Below are positions 33,480-43,077 of a DNA stretch of 64,000 nt, one piece after another. Both the position numbers and the translations under genes were made by a program. This DNA comes from an uncultured delta proteobacterium (GTDB taxonomy: Bacteria; Desulfobacterota; Desulfobaccia; Desulfobaccales; 0-14-0-80-60-11). How positions within the stretch are numbered: the first letter of the stretch is position 1; each line of letters begins with the position of its first letter. The notes beneath the pieces are model-generated. The model was not told the origin of the DNA and searched no databases. It saw only the letters and a list, made by a program, of their open reading frames with translations. Location: positions 64,001-128,000 of the forward strand of contig CAWETI010000002.1 of NCBI GenBank assembly GCA_963812015.1. The letters are read 5' to 3'.

Positions 33480-33746
33480 TACCGAATAAACTTTTTGATT
33501 AAGGGATGGGCTTATGCGGATAACCCCTTTTGTAGTAATTGAGAGGGGTTAACAAGGTTTCGGGGCAAAAAATATATGGGGCGCTGAGCTCCCTTCCTCG
33601 TGCTCTCCGAACCAGTTGCCGGGGCCCAAGACCTTATTTTCTCCGGAATGGCAGCATTCCGGGGTTGCGCTGGCCACAGCGCACGGTTCGCCTACCGGGC
33701 ATTACCCGGTGACGCCCTTACCTTAGGGTGCGAGGAGGATACCAAT

Positions 33747-34184
33747 TTGAAAAAACCGGCGGTTGGCTTTGGACTGCATCTGACCCTGGATGGTTATGAA
33801 TGCAGTTATGAGCGGCTGACGAATCTGGATGCCATTTACGAGTTCCTGGAGACCTGCCCGGACCTGATCCACATGACCAAGATCATGCCTCCTTATGCCT
33901 TCAAATATCACGGCAAAGTGCCTGATGATTGGGGGCTGTCCGGATTTGTTCTCATTGCGGAAAGCCATATCAGCATTCACACCTTCCCTGAGCGCGGCTA
34001 CCTGAGCCTGGATATTTTTTCCTGTAAGGGCTTCGATTACCAGCAGGCGGTGGACTTTGCCACCGAATGTTTCGGTATTGCTCGCCACGAAATCAACCTG
34101 TTGGACCGGGGTCTGGAATTTCCCCGGGAAATCAGGACCGTGGAACGCCTGATGCGCCAGGAGCGAAAACAGATGCGAGGCTGA
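33747..34184 (+). CDS. speD: S-adenosylmethionine decarboxylase proenzyme
   Basis: GLHL..D, LIAESHISIHTFPE self-cleavage motif, DIFSC; GAGGAGG RBS and TTG start. Confidence 0.9.
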   Translation: MKKPAVGFGLHLTLDGYECSYERLTNLDAIYEFLETCPDLIHMTKIMPPYAFKYHGKVPDDWGLSGFVLIAESHISIHTFPERGYLSLDIFSCKGFDYQQAVDFATECFGIARHEINLLDRGLEFPREIRTVERLMRQERKQMRG

Positions 34185-34186
34185 GC

Positions 34187-35047
34187 ATGGAAGAGGCCGA
34201 CAGTCCTCACCCTAGTTTCCTCAAGCGCCTTCTTCAGATGTTCTCCCGGAGGATCATCACGCAACCGGAAGATCTGGAGCGTGAAATCCAGCACATCATC
34301 GATGAAGGCGAGGAACGGGGCCTCATCACCCGCCAGGAAGGCCAACTGATCGAGAGTATCTTTGAGTTTAAGGACACCCTCGTCCGGGAAATCATGGTGC
34401 CCCGTCTGGAGATGGTGGGGGTGGAGCTCGATACCCCCCTTGACCAGATCATCGCCCTGGTCCTGTCCTGCGGCCATTCCCGCCTGCCCGTGTTCGCCGG
34501 TGACATCGACCACGTCAAGGGTGTCCTCCTGGCCAAAGACCTCCTGGTGTTCTGGCAGACCCCGGATTCGACCTGGGACCTGGGGCGGGTGCTCCGCCCC
34601 GCCTATTTTATCCCCGAAAGCAAGAAGATCAGCGACCTCTTACGAGACCTGGTGGAACGCAAAACCCAGATCGCCATCGTCATCGACGAATACGGCGGCA
34701 CCGCCGGCCTCATCACCCTGGAGGATATTCTCGAAGAGATCGTCGGGGAGATCTATGACGAGTACGACCTCCAGGAACCCCGCCTCGTGCCCCAGGAAGA
34801 CGGCGCCGTCCTGGTGGACGCCCGCCTGGACGTGGAAGAATTGATGGACCACTTCGATCTGCCCCGCCCGGAAGGCAAGTTCGAATCCGTGGGGGGCCTC
34901 TTGATCCACCTCCTGGGCCGGGTGCCCCAAATCAACGACCGGGTGGAGATCCCCGACCTGGAGTTGACCGTCATCGCCGCCGACGAACGCCGGGCCAAAT
35001 TGGTCCAGGCCCGCCGGCTGCCCCTGGAAGAGGGGGTCAGGGATTAG
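34187..35047 (+). CDS. corC: CorC/HlyC-family CBS-domain transporter-associated protein
   Basis: REIMVPR, HSRLPV, DEYGGTAGLITLEDILEEIVGEI. Confidence 0.9.
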   Translation: MEEADSPHPSFLKRLLQMFSRRIITQPEDLEREIQHIIDEGEERGLITRQEGQLIESIFEFKDTLVREIMVPRLEMVGVELDTPLDQIIALVLSCGHSRLPVFAGDIDHVKGVLLAKDLLVFWQTPDSTWDLGRVLRPAYFIPESKKISDLLRDLVERKTQIAIVIDEYGGTAGLITLEDILEEIVGEIYDEYDLQEPRLVPQEDGAVLVDARLDVEELMDHFDLPRPEGKFESVGGLLIHLLGRVPQINDRVEIPDLELTVIAADERRAKLVQARRLPLEEGVRD

Positions 35048-35306
35048 GGGTCAGGGGTTAGAAAAAGCCCCTTACTGTCCGCCATCCCGCCCCTTGCCTC
35101 ATTTTGTCCGGTCTTCAGTTTTCCTATGCCGCTCAATCCCGCGTTCAATAATCTGAATTTTTTAACTAGACAATTAGCTACATTTTGTCCAGTGATCGAG
35201 TAGGAGTTTTGCCCCTGAGAAAATTTGTCCCCCTACGGGAAATTTCTGGCGAACTATTCAGGCTTGTTAGTATATTGGGATGGGAAAGAATAATGAGGGA
35301 AAGAGA

Positions 35307-35897
35307 ATGTTTAACGACATGCCATTATCCATAGCAGCGCGGATGCATGAGTTAGAGGTAATCGACGCACGCGACCGCACTGACGGGACGCCGCGCATGC
35401 AGCGCCTGCGTCAGATCACGCCGGAGGTAGGTAGATTTATCGCCCTCTTGGCCGCAACCGCTCCTGCAGGTCAATACCTAGAGATTGGAACGAGCGCGGG
35501 CTATTCCACCCTTTGGCTCGCTTTGGCGTGCCGGTCCATCGGCAGAAAGGTCACGACTTTTGAGATTTTGGACGACAAAGCTGAACTTGCACGGCAGACA
35601 TTTAAAGCAACCTGCGTGACCGACGTGGTGGAACTCGTTCACGGGGATGCACTCACTCATCTTCCGAACTGTAGAGACATTGCCTTCTGTTTCCTCGATG
35701 CGGAAAAGGAAATCTACGGCTCTTGTTATGAATCTGTGGTTACGCACATGGTGAGTGGCGGCATTCTGGTCGCAGACAACGCCATCAACCATCAGGCGGT
35801 CCTGCAACCAATGCTTGACCGAGCAATGGCCGATGACAGAGTTGATGCATTGATTGTTCCCATCGGCAGAGGGGAACTGGTTTGCAGAAGAAGGTAG
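35307..35897 (+). CDS. O-methyltransferase-family protein
   Basis: [28 protein letters not shown]. Confidence 0.88.
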   Translation: MFNDMPLSIAARMHELEVIDARDRTDGTPRMQRLRQITPEVGRFIALLAATAPAGQYLEIGTSAGYSTLWLALACRSIGRKVTTFEILDDKAELARQTFKATCVTDVVELVHGDALTHLPNCRDIAFCFLDAEKEIYGSCYESVVTHMVSGGILVADNAINHQAVLQPMLDRAMADDRVDALIVPIGRGELVCRRR

Positions 35898-36301
35898 TAT
35901 TGGCCTGACATCAGACAAAATGCTTCATTTCGTCTAATGAAGCCGCGCAGCCTAATTCTGCCCAGGCGCCAGCCACAGAAGAACCGGACGCGGCCTGAGC
36001 CCGTAGGGCGGGAAAGCGTAGCGCATCCCGCCTTTAGCATTATTCCATATCTAGACTTCGACCGTTTTTCAACTCATTCCCAAGCTTAGCTTGGAATAAG
36101 AAGAAAATCAAACAGCGGCTAGCTGCTATGTATGAGCGATCTGCTACTCGGAAGATATTATATTGATTTGATGATCATAGTATAATCTACACCGGCCGCG
36201 GTATATCCAGGAATTCAGGAGCCAAGTCCCCAATACGCTTACTTACCCCTGCCCCCTATTTTCTTTCCCTTCCCCCGTAATCCGGCTATAATCCCACCAG
36301 C

Positions 36302-37819
36302 ATGAACAAGCGCACCAGCCCCTCTCAGGTTATAGCCGCGGTGCTCTCCGGCCTGCTCCTGGCCGCGGCCTTCCCCAAGTGGGACCAGACCTGGCTGTTG
36401 ATCTTCGCCTTGGCACCCCTCCTCTGGGCCCTTAAGGGCCGATCCCTGAAGGCGGCCTTCTGGCTGGGGGCGGTCTCGGGTCTGGCCCATTACGTGGCCA
36501 TGCTCTACTGGATCGTCTTTGTCACCCATGTCTTCGGGCACCTGCCCCTGATCGTCTCCATCGGCATCCTCCTCCTCCTGGCCGGGTATTTATGTCTCTA
36601 CCCCGCCGTGTGGGGCTTAGGGGTCGCCTGGGGGGCGCGCAAGGGGCTCAGCCTCCTCTGGTGGGCCCCCGCCCTGTGGGTGGCCCTGGAGTTCGGCAAA
36701 ACCTATATCATCAGCGGCTTTCCTTGGGAACTGTTGGGCAACGGCCTCTCCCCCCATCCCCTGTTGCTCCAGCTCGCCGATATCACCGGGGTCTACGGTC
36801 TCTCGTTCCTGGTGGTCCTGGTGAACGTCAGCCTCTTTCTCCTCTTCTTCCCCCCCCGGGGCAAGGCGTTGCGGCTCGGCCAGGCCGTGGTCGTCTGCCT
36901 GCTCCTGGCCCTCTGGATCGGCTATGGTTTTTACCGCCTCCAGGCAGTGGACGCGCTTATGGCCGCCAGCCCCAAAATCAAGGTGGCGGTGTGCCAAGGC
37001 AATATCAAGCAGGGGGAGAAATGGCAGAAAAGCATGGTCCAGATCACCCTGGACCGCTATGCCGAGCTGACCCGGCGGGTCCAGGGGGCCCGGCTCATCA
37101 TCTGGCCCGAAACCGCGGCGCCCTTCTTATATGTGCGGACCCCGGACCTGGCCGCCGAGGTCCAGAAGATCGCCCAAGACAGCGGTGGCTATCTGTTGTT
37201 CGGCAGCCCCGCCTATGAGCTGACCTCCGAGGGCGAGCGCTATTTTAACCGGGCGTATCTCTTGAACCCCCAGGCCGAGACCATCGGCTCCTACGACAAG
37301 GCCCACCTGGTGCCTTACGGGGAGTATGTTCCCTTCCGGCGCTTTTTTCCCTTCATCGGCAAGATGGTGCCCATGGTGGGGGACTTTGCCGAAGGCCCGG
37401 TGGGGGCCACCGTGTCCCTGCCGGAAGGGGCCATCGGGGTCCTGGTCTGCTACGAGTCCATCTTTCCCTATCTGTCCCGGGCCCAGGTGGGCAACGGGGC
37501 CCAGCTATTGGTCAACATCACCAATGACGCCTGGTTCGGCAAAACCGCCGCGGCTTACCAGCACCTGGCCATGGCGGTGCTCCGGGCGGTGGAGAACCAC
37601 GTCTGCCTGGCCCGGGCCGCCAACACCGGGATTTCCGCCTTTATCGACGGCGCCGGCCGCCTCCTGTGGACCTCGGAGCTCTATGTCCCCGAGGCCCACG
37701 CCCTGGAGCTGGCCTGGCTCCCCGGCGGCAGCCTCTACACCCAAATCGGCGACGTCTTTGCCTGGGCCTGCGTCATCATGTGCGGCCTGGCCCTCATCCT
37801 GCCCCGCCGGCGTCGCTAA
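36302..37819 (+). CDS. lnt: Apolipoprotein N-acyltransferase
   Basis: IWPETA, YDKAHLVPYGEYVP, VCYESIF, NITNDAWFG, RAANTGIS. Confidence 0.96.
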   Translation: MNKRTSPSQVIAAVLSGLLLAAAFPKWDQTWLLIFALAPLLWALKGRSLKAAFWLGAVSGLAHYVAMLYWIVFVTHVFGHLPLIVSIGILLLLAGYLCLYPAVWGLGVAWGARKGLSLLWWAPALWVALEFGKTYIISGFPWELLGNGLSPHPLLLQLADITGVYGLSFLVVLVNVSLFLLFFPPRGKALRLGQAVVVCLLLALWIGYGFYRLQAVDALMAASPKIKVAVCQGNIKQGEKWQKSMVQITLDRYAELTRRVQGARLIIWPETAAPFLYVRTPDLAAEVQKIAQDSGGYLLFGSPAYELTSEGERYFNRAYLLNPQAETIGSYDKAHLVPYGEYVPFRRFFPFIGKMVPMVGDFAEGPVGATVSLPEGAIGVLVCYESIFPYLSRAQVGNGAQLLVNITNDAWFGKTAAAYQHLAMAVLRAVENHVCLARAANTGISAFIDGAGRLLWTSELYVPEAHALELAWLPGGSLYTQIGDVFAWACVIMCGLALILPRRRR

Positions 37820-37966
37820 GCCCGGCCAACTTCCCCCTGCGGTTTTCTTCCCCTGATGATGGCCTTACCCCAAAGTTGGTCCTGATCCATGAGGGCGGTT
37901 ATCCCCGGGGCCGGTCCTCTGAGCCGCGACAGCTCCAGCTCCCTGCAATATCGCCAAGAAATCTAG

Positions 37967-38102
37967 TGTTCCGTCCCAGATATATCTTTCAAAAATATTT
38001 CCACTTGGTGGGGAGTTTTCGTAGGGGCGGTTCGCGAACCGCCCCTACAACAGCCTCCGGGAAGGGAAGCCGGAAATTGTTAGATACTCCCGGAACATGA
38101 CA
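37967..38102. repeat. MITE-like element carrying a REP, flanked by CTAG duplication
   Basis: CTAG at 37963-37966 and 38103-38106; imperfect TGT..ACA ends; related sequence near 59425-59560. Confidence 0.5.
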
Positions 38103-40235
38103 CTAGTGGCCGCGAGTCTCGCCGGCCTCGATGAATTGCCGGAGGGCAACCTGCTGTAGTTCGCTCAGCTGGTGGCGCTTCATAAGGGTGCGGGTCCGGT
38201 CCAGCATGCTGCCCGCCTCCAGGAAATGCTCCAGGGCCTTATGGTTCAGGCGGTGTCGGAGGCCGTCGTCAGCCTTGATCATCGTTTGACTGAAGTCCTT
38301 TTCCAGAAATTGCTCCAGGAGTTTCAAGAGGTTGCCGTCGTCGCCGGCTACTTGAGTAACCCAGTTTTTGGGTTCGGCCTCCCCGGCCAGATTTTTCCAC
38401 ATGGATAAGAGTTCCGGCAGCTTGGGGCAATTGAGGAGGGCCTCTCCCTTGGCGGCGTCCCGGATTTTGGCGAGCACTAGTGCTTCCAGGTTGACCTGGT
38501 CATCGTGGCGGATCAGCTTGTTGGCCTCCGGACGCCCCTCACCGGCTCGCTTGCCGTCGAGTTTACCCAACACCATGACGAGCCTGGTGCTGGTGTACAC
38601 GGCCCGGACTTTGGTGATGGCGTGCCGCAGGACGTCAAAACGGGTTTCTGCCGGCAGCCGCTGGAGAAGCTGCCAGATTATCTGGGCCATACGCTGGTCG
38701 TTACCGATGTGGAGCCTACCCATAGGCTCGTCTTCGGGCTCCAGGAGCTGATCGCCCACATCCAGAAGGCTGAGGAGAATTGACGGGATGGACTCCGGGG
38801 CAATCTCCTTGCCGGTATAATCCAACAGCCGCTCCAGGAAAGCATTGAGCCGGTTGCGGCCATCCAGGCGAACCTGGGTTGCCAGGTCCAGCAGTCGCGC
38901 GGAAAAGGCCTGGGGTTGGTCCACCAGAAAGAGGATCGCCATGATTTCGGCATTGGAAATGGTGCCCTGGGGCAGCGCCAGATGAAAATAAATGGGGAAG
39001 ATATCCGGACTGCAAATGCGCAATTGTTTGCGCCAGGTGGCCTCCAGAGGCAGGTCAAACCCCAGATCCTCCCAGACGTTTTCCAACTTGGGAAAGAGCC
39101 GCGCCAACAGTCCCTTGACGGCTTCCCGATCCTCCTCCGCCACCTGGGTAATCCAGGATTCGTGAAAGATCCGTAATTGTTCGATCTTACTGGTCACCAA
39201 TTCCCGGCCGGTGAATTTTGCCGGATAGGTGCGGATCATATTATAGGCGTCGGAACAAAAGATCCGCAGGGTCTCAATGCCGATAAAATCCACGGGATTA
39301 ACTTCCCCCCGGACTGCCGAATAGGTGATCCTCAAGGTATTGGTGAGCAAATTGATCTTGCGGGGGGTGCTGATGAAGTGCTCAATGCCCTTCATGAACA
39401 CATTGGCCCAATAGGTCTGGTCAAAAAGCTCTGCCGGGGTGCCCGCCATGATGGCCTCCAGGTTACCCAAGAGTAAGCGGTACAAAGAACACCGGTCGGG
39501 CAGGGGCAGTTCAAAGGGGGACTGGACTATTTTCTCCAGATAGCTTTCCCCTGAATTACCCTGGGTTTCTCTCAAAGCCTCGATAACCACCCGCTTGTCG
39601 AAGGTGAGCAGATAAATGATGTTGGGAAAATCGGCAATGGATTTGATTACCCCGAAGAGCTGCCGGACCTCTTCCGGACTCAGGCGGTCAATGTCGTCCA
39701 CCGTGACGAAAATCCGGCGGCTTTGCTTCCGGAGCTCCTCGGCAATTTCCATCTTTAGCTTGACCACGTTTTTAATCGCAGGTTTCAACGGGGTGAATTC
39801 CACCGCCACTTTGCCGATGGCAATGTAAGGAATATGGATGCTGGCGGGTAGCTCCGACACCATGTCGGCAAACTCGGCGATTTTTTTCTCCAAACCCGCC
39901 AGGGCGAGATCGCTGCCGGCCAGGGAGGCCTGGAATTGGTCGAAGAAATGCTTGGTCAGCTTTTCGTGCCCGGAAAACCACCAGGGATTGAAGGGCACAA
40001 TGATGGGCTGCTCATCCGGGGGGGCTTGTTTAAAGTAATGGAACAGAAAATTCAACAGCGTGGTCTTGCCCGAGCCCCAGGGCCCATAGATGGCCACGAC
40101 AAAGCCCTCGGCCGGCACCATCGTGGTTAAAGATGAGGCCAGATGCCTGGCGAAATTGGCATAACCCAGTTGGTCGTCTTGGGGGTCGGTCAGGGGTTTG
40201 TCTGCCGAGAGGGTGCAGCAAGGCTCCACGGTCAT
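38103..40235 (-). CDS. KAP-family P-loop NTPase
   Basis: DQLGY..FA, Walker A GPWGSGKTT, FNPWWFS, Walker B VDDIDRL, YLEKIVQ; start could be 40349. Confidence 0.9.
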   Translation of the reverse strand: MTVEPCCTLSADKPLTDPQDDQLGYANFARHLASSLTTMVPAEGFVVAIYGPWGSGKTTLLNFLFHYFKQAPPDEQPIIVPFNPWWFSGHEKLTKHFFDQFQASLAGSDLALAGLEKKIAEFADMVSELPASIHIPYIAIGKVAVEFTPLKPAIKNVVKLKMEIAEELRKQSRRIFVTVDDIDRLSPEEVRQLFGVIKSIADFPNIIYLLTFDKRVVIEALRETQGNSGESYLEKIVQSPFELPLPDRCSLYRLLLGNLEAIMAGTPAELFDQTYWANVFMKGIEHFISTPRKINLLTNTLRITYSAVRGEVNPVDFIGIETLRIFCSDAYNMIRTYPAKFTGRELVTSKIEQLRIFHESWITQVAEEDREAVKGLLARLFPKLENVWEDLGFDLPLEATWRKQLRICSPDIFPIYFHLALPQGTISNAEIMAILFLVDQPQAFSARLLDLATQVRLDGRNRLNAFLERLLDYTGKEIAPESIPSILLSLLDVGDQLLEPEDEPMGRLHIGNDQRMAQIIWQLLQRLPAETRFDVLRHAITKVRAVYTSTRLVMVLGKLDGKRAGEGRPEANKLIRHDDQVNLEALVLAKIRDAAKGEALLNCPKLPELLSMWKNLAGEAEPKNWVTQVAGDDGNLLKLLEQFLEKDFSQTMIKADDGLRHRLNHKALEHFLEAGSMLDRTRTLMKRHQLSELQQVALRQFIEAGETRGH

Positions 40236-40703
40236 GATGCCCTCATGCTTTTTCGTGCTGCCCGCCCTGCCTGGCGGGGGCGGCAACTTCTTATTTTCCA
40301 TACCGTGGCGTTGCAGCTCATCCAAGATCATCCGGCAGCCCCCGTTCACTCTCCCTTATTGAAGATTCGGACCTTTTCCCCCGAACTTAAATCCAAAGCG
40401 CCCCTTTTTTCCGCGCCACCCCGTATCATGAATGATTCAAGACACTTCATCCCATCAATTTTCCGCCCGATCCCGGGCCGGCTCGACCCTCCATGGCCAC
40501 TCGCTGCCGCGCCTGGCCGCTGGAGCACCGGATGGTTAAACTGGATAAAAATGGGGCAGTGATAGTTGGGCTAAAGAACTGAGTACCTGGTTGGGTAAAT
40601 GAGGGATATTTTCAGCAGGGTTTTCATGTCCCCCTTTTCTCAAGGGTGGCGGGAGGGCAGGCGGGTTCAGGGCGGCAGGACCCCCCCGAACCCGGGCGCG
40701 GCA

Positions 40704-41939
40704 TTACATGTGGTCGATGAGAGCCTGGCCGAACTCGGAGCACGACACTTCCCGGGAGCCCGGCAGGAGGCGGGCCAGATCGTAGGTGGCGATCCCGTCC
40801 TTGAGGGTCCGGGGCAGGCTCTGGTGGATATGCTGGGCGGCTTCACCCCAGCCGAGATATTCCAACAGCATGGCGCCGGAGAGAATCAGGGAGCTGGGGT
40901 TGACCTTATCCTGGCCGGCGTACTTGGGGGCGCTGCCGTGGGTGGCTTCGAAGATGGCGCAGTTGTCGCCGATATTGGCCCCCGGGGCCATCCCCAATCC
41001 TCCCACTTGGGCCGCCAGGGCGTCGGAGATATAATCGCCGTTCAGGTTCGGGGTGGCGATGACCTGGTATTCCTCCGGTCGCAGCAGCACTTGCTGAAAC
41101 AGATTGTCCGCCAGCCGGTCCTTGAGCACCGTCTTGCCGGCCGGGAGTCGGCCCTGGCAGACCGTGGACAGCTCGGCCTCCGAGATCACCCCCCCCGGCA
41201 ACTCCGCGGCCACTTCATATCCCCAGGTTTGGAAAGCCCCTTCGGTGTATTTCATGATATTGCCTTTGTGCATCAGGGTGACCGAGGCCAGCCGGTGTTT
41301 CACCGCGTGCTTCAAAGCCATGCGGATCAGGCGCTTGCTGCACCGTTCGGTCATGGGTTTGATGCCGATCGCCGCGGCAATATCCAGGGTGCAGCCCAAT
41401 TCGTTATTGAGAAAATTGATCAGGCGCTGGGCCTCGGGGGTGTTGGCGGCCCACTCGATGCCGGCATAGAGGTCTTCGGTGTTTTCCCGGAAAATCACCA
41501 TATCGATTTTTTCCGGTTCCTTCAAGGGGCTGGGCACCCCGGCGTAGTAACGCACCGGGCGGATGCAGGCGTACAGGTCCAGGACCTGGCGCAGGGTGAC
41601 GTTTAAGGACCGGAAGCCCCCGCCGATGGGGGTGGTGAGGGGTCCTTTGAGGGCCACCCGGTATTCCCGGAGGGCCGTCAGGGTTTCCACCGGCAGATAA
41701 CTGCGGCTCAGTTTAAACGCCTTTTCTCCGGCCAAAACTTCCTGCCAGAAGATGCGCTTGCTGTCGCCGTAGGCCTTGGCCACCGCCGCGTCCAGCACCG
41801 GCCGGGTGGCCTGCCAGATATCCGGGCCGGTGCCGTCCCCCTCGAGGTAGAGAATAATCGGCCCATCGGGAACCACGAGTCCGCCGCCGGGGCCGGCGGT
41901 AACCATCTCACCCTGTCCATGCGCATGCTGTGCCATCAT
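40704..41939 (-). CDS. icd: Isocitrate dehydrogenase (NADP-type)
   Basis: [53 protein letters not shown]. Confidence 0.96.
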   Translation of the reverse strand: MMAQHAHGQGEMVTAGPGGGLVVPDGPIILYLEGDGTGPDIWQATRPVLDAAVAKAYGDSKRIFWQEVLAGEKAFKLSRSYLPVETLTALREYRVALKGPLTTPIGGGFRSLNVTLRQVLDLYACIRPVRYYAGVPSPLKEPEKIDMVIFRENTEDLYAGIEWAANTPEAQRLINFLNNELGCTLDIAAAIGIKPMTERCSKRLIRMALKHAVKHRLASVTLMHKGNIMKYTEGAFQTWGYEVAAELPGGVISEAELSTVCQGRLPAGKTVLKDRLADNLFQQVLLRPEEYQVIATPNLNGDYISDALAAQVGGLGMAPGANIGDNCAIFEATHGSAPKYAGQDKVNPSSLILSGAMLLEYLGWGEAAQHIHQSLPRTLKDGIATYDLARLLPGSREVSCSEFGQALIDHM

Positions 41940-43077
41940 CGCCCTCGCTTACAATAATAACTATATATTTCACCCTATTTTTGCCGCCGACGCAACTAAT
42001 TCCTGGCCCCCCGGCCAACCCAGGCGCGCCGCCCCCCGCCCCGGCCCTGAACCTCGGATGCCTCAGAGCATGAGCAGCCATTGCCAACCCGGTTTTTTCC
42101 GTCACCCTGAGCGAAGCGAAGGGTCTCAACCTCCCCCATAAACGAGATTCTTCCCTGCCCTCAGCATGACCAGAGAGAACGCCGGGACGTTTTGCCATCC
42201 CCCCCCAAAGCTGATTCTGCTATGCAGTCCATATCTGCAGCTTCTGCTATCCCGATGATAATTGAGGTATTTGGCAAGCTATCGATGCTCGGGCTTGGGC
42301 TCACATCCTATTCTGATGCCGTGGGGAAGGGTAGGAAAATCAGAAGATAGAATTAGGGAATTCCTTATTATAATTTTATCATGATAAGTTACAATTTACC
42401 ATCTCAAGAGCGGAATAAAAAGGTAGGGCGGGAAACAATGGCCAGGAGGCTCAGATCTCTGGGATTCGCCCGGTCTTTGGTCTTGGTCGCTTATCCCCTC
42501 GTGGCCGCGGGGACCAAAATTCAAGATAGCGCCTCGGCCAAATCTGCCCTACCTGGCCAAGTTACCCCGGCTCCCTCAACTCCAACTGCTCCAAATACCC
42601 CCCACACCGCGGCTTTCCGTGGGGGTAGAGCACGTTTCCCCGGCAGGTATTCTGGTGGCCACCAGCGACCAGGAGAAAACCTTTGCTCCTGATATTAAGT
42701 AAGAACGAGCATTTTCCCCAAGGTTAAGGGCAGGGATACCAATGTGAAGGCAAAGGCCTTTACCCCCCGTGGCCCCACCCTGGCGGCTGACCTGCCTCCA
42801 AGAGCGTTATCCGGCCCTGTCGGGATAAAAGTTATCCCAGGCCGGTTCTAACCTGTAGGCCCTTCAAAAGATCCGGAGCACCTCCGGGCTCCTGGAGTCG
42901 AGGCCGACGTGCCCCTGGACCCGGAACGCCTGAAGAGGCCAGGCGCATCGCCGGAAAGGAGGCCAGCCCGAAACTAGAAATCACCTTCATCCCGATTATC
43001 CATTGATTCTGGTCTGACCCCACCTTCACCCCTTGCTAGACGTGCGGGGGAGCCACCCCGCCGGTCAAGGAGGTCTG

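Noticed and set aside
42381..43030. Short Pro-rich ORF and possible decayed gene upstream of the protease locus
   Set aside because: No recognisable domain and multiple stops; cannot support a call
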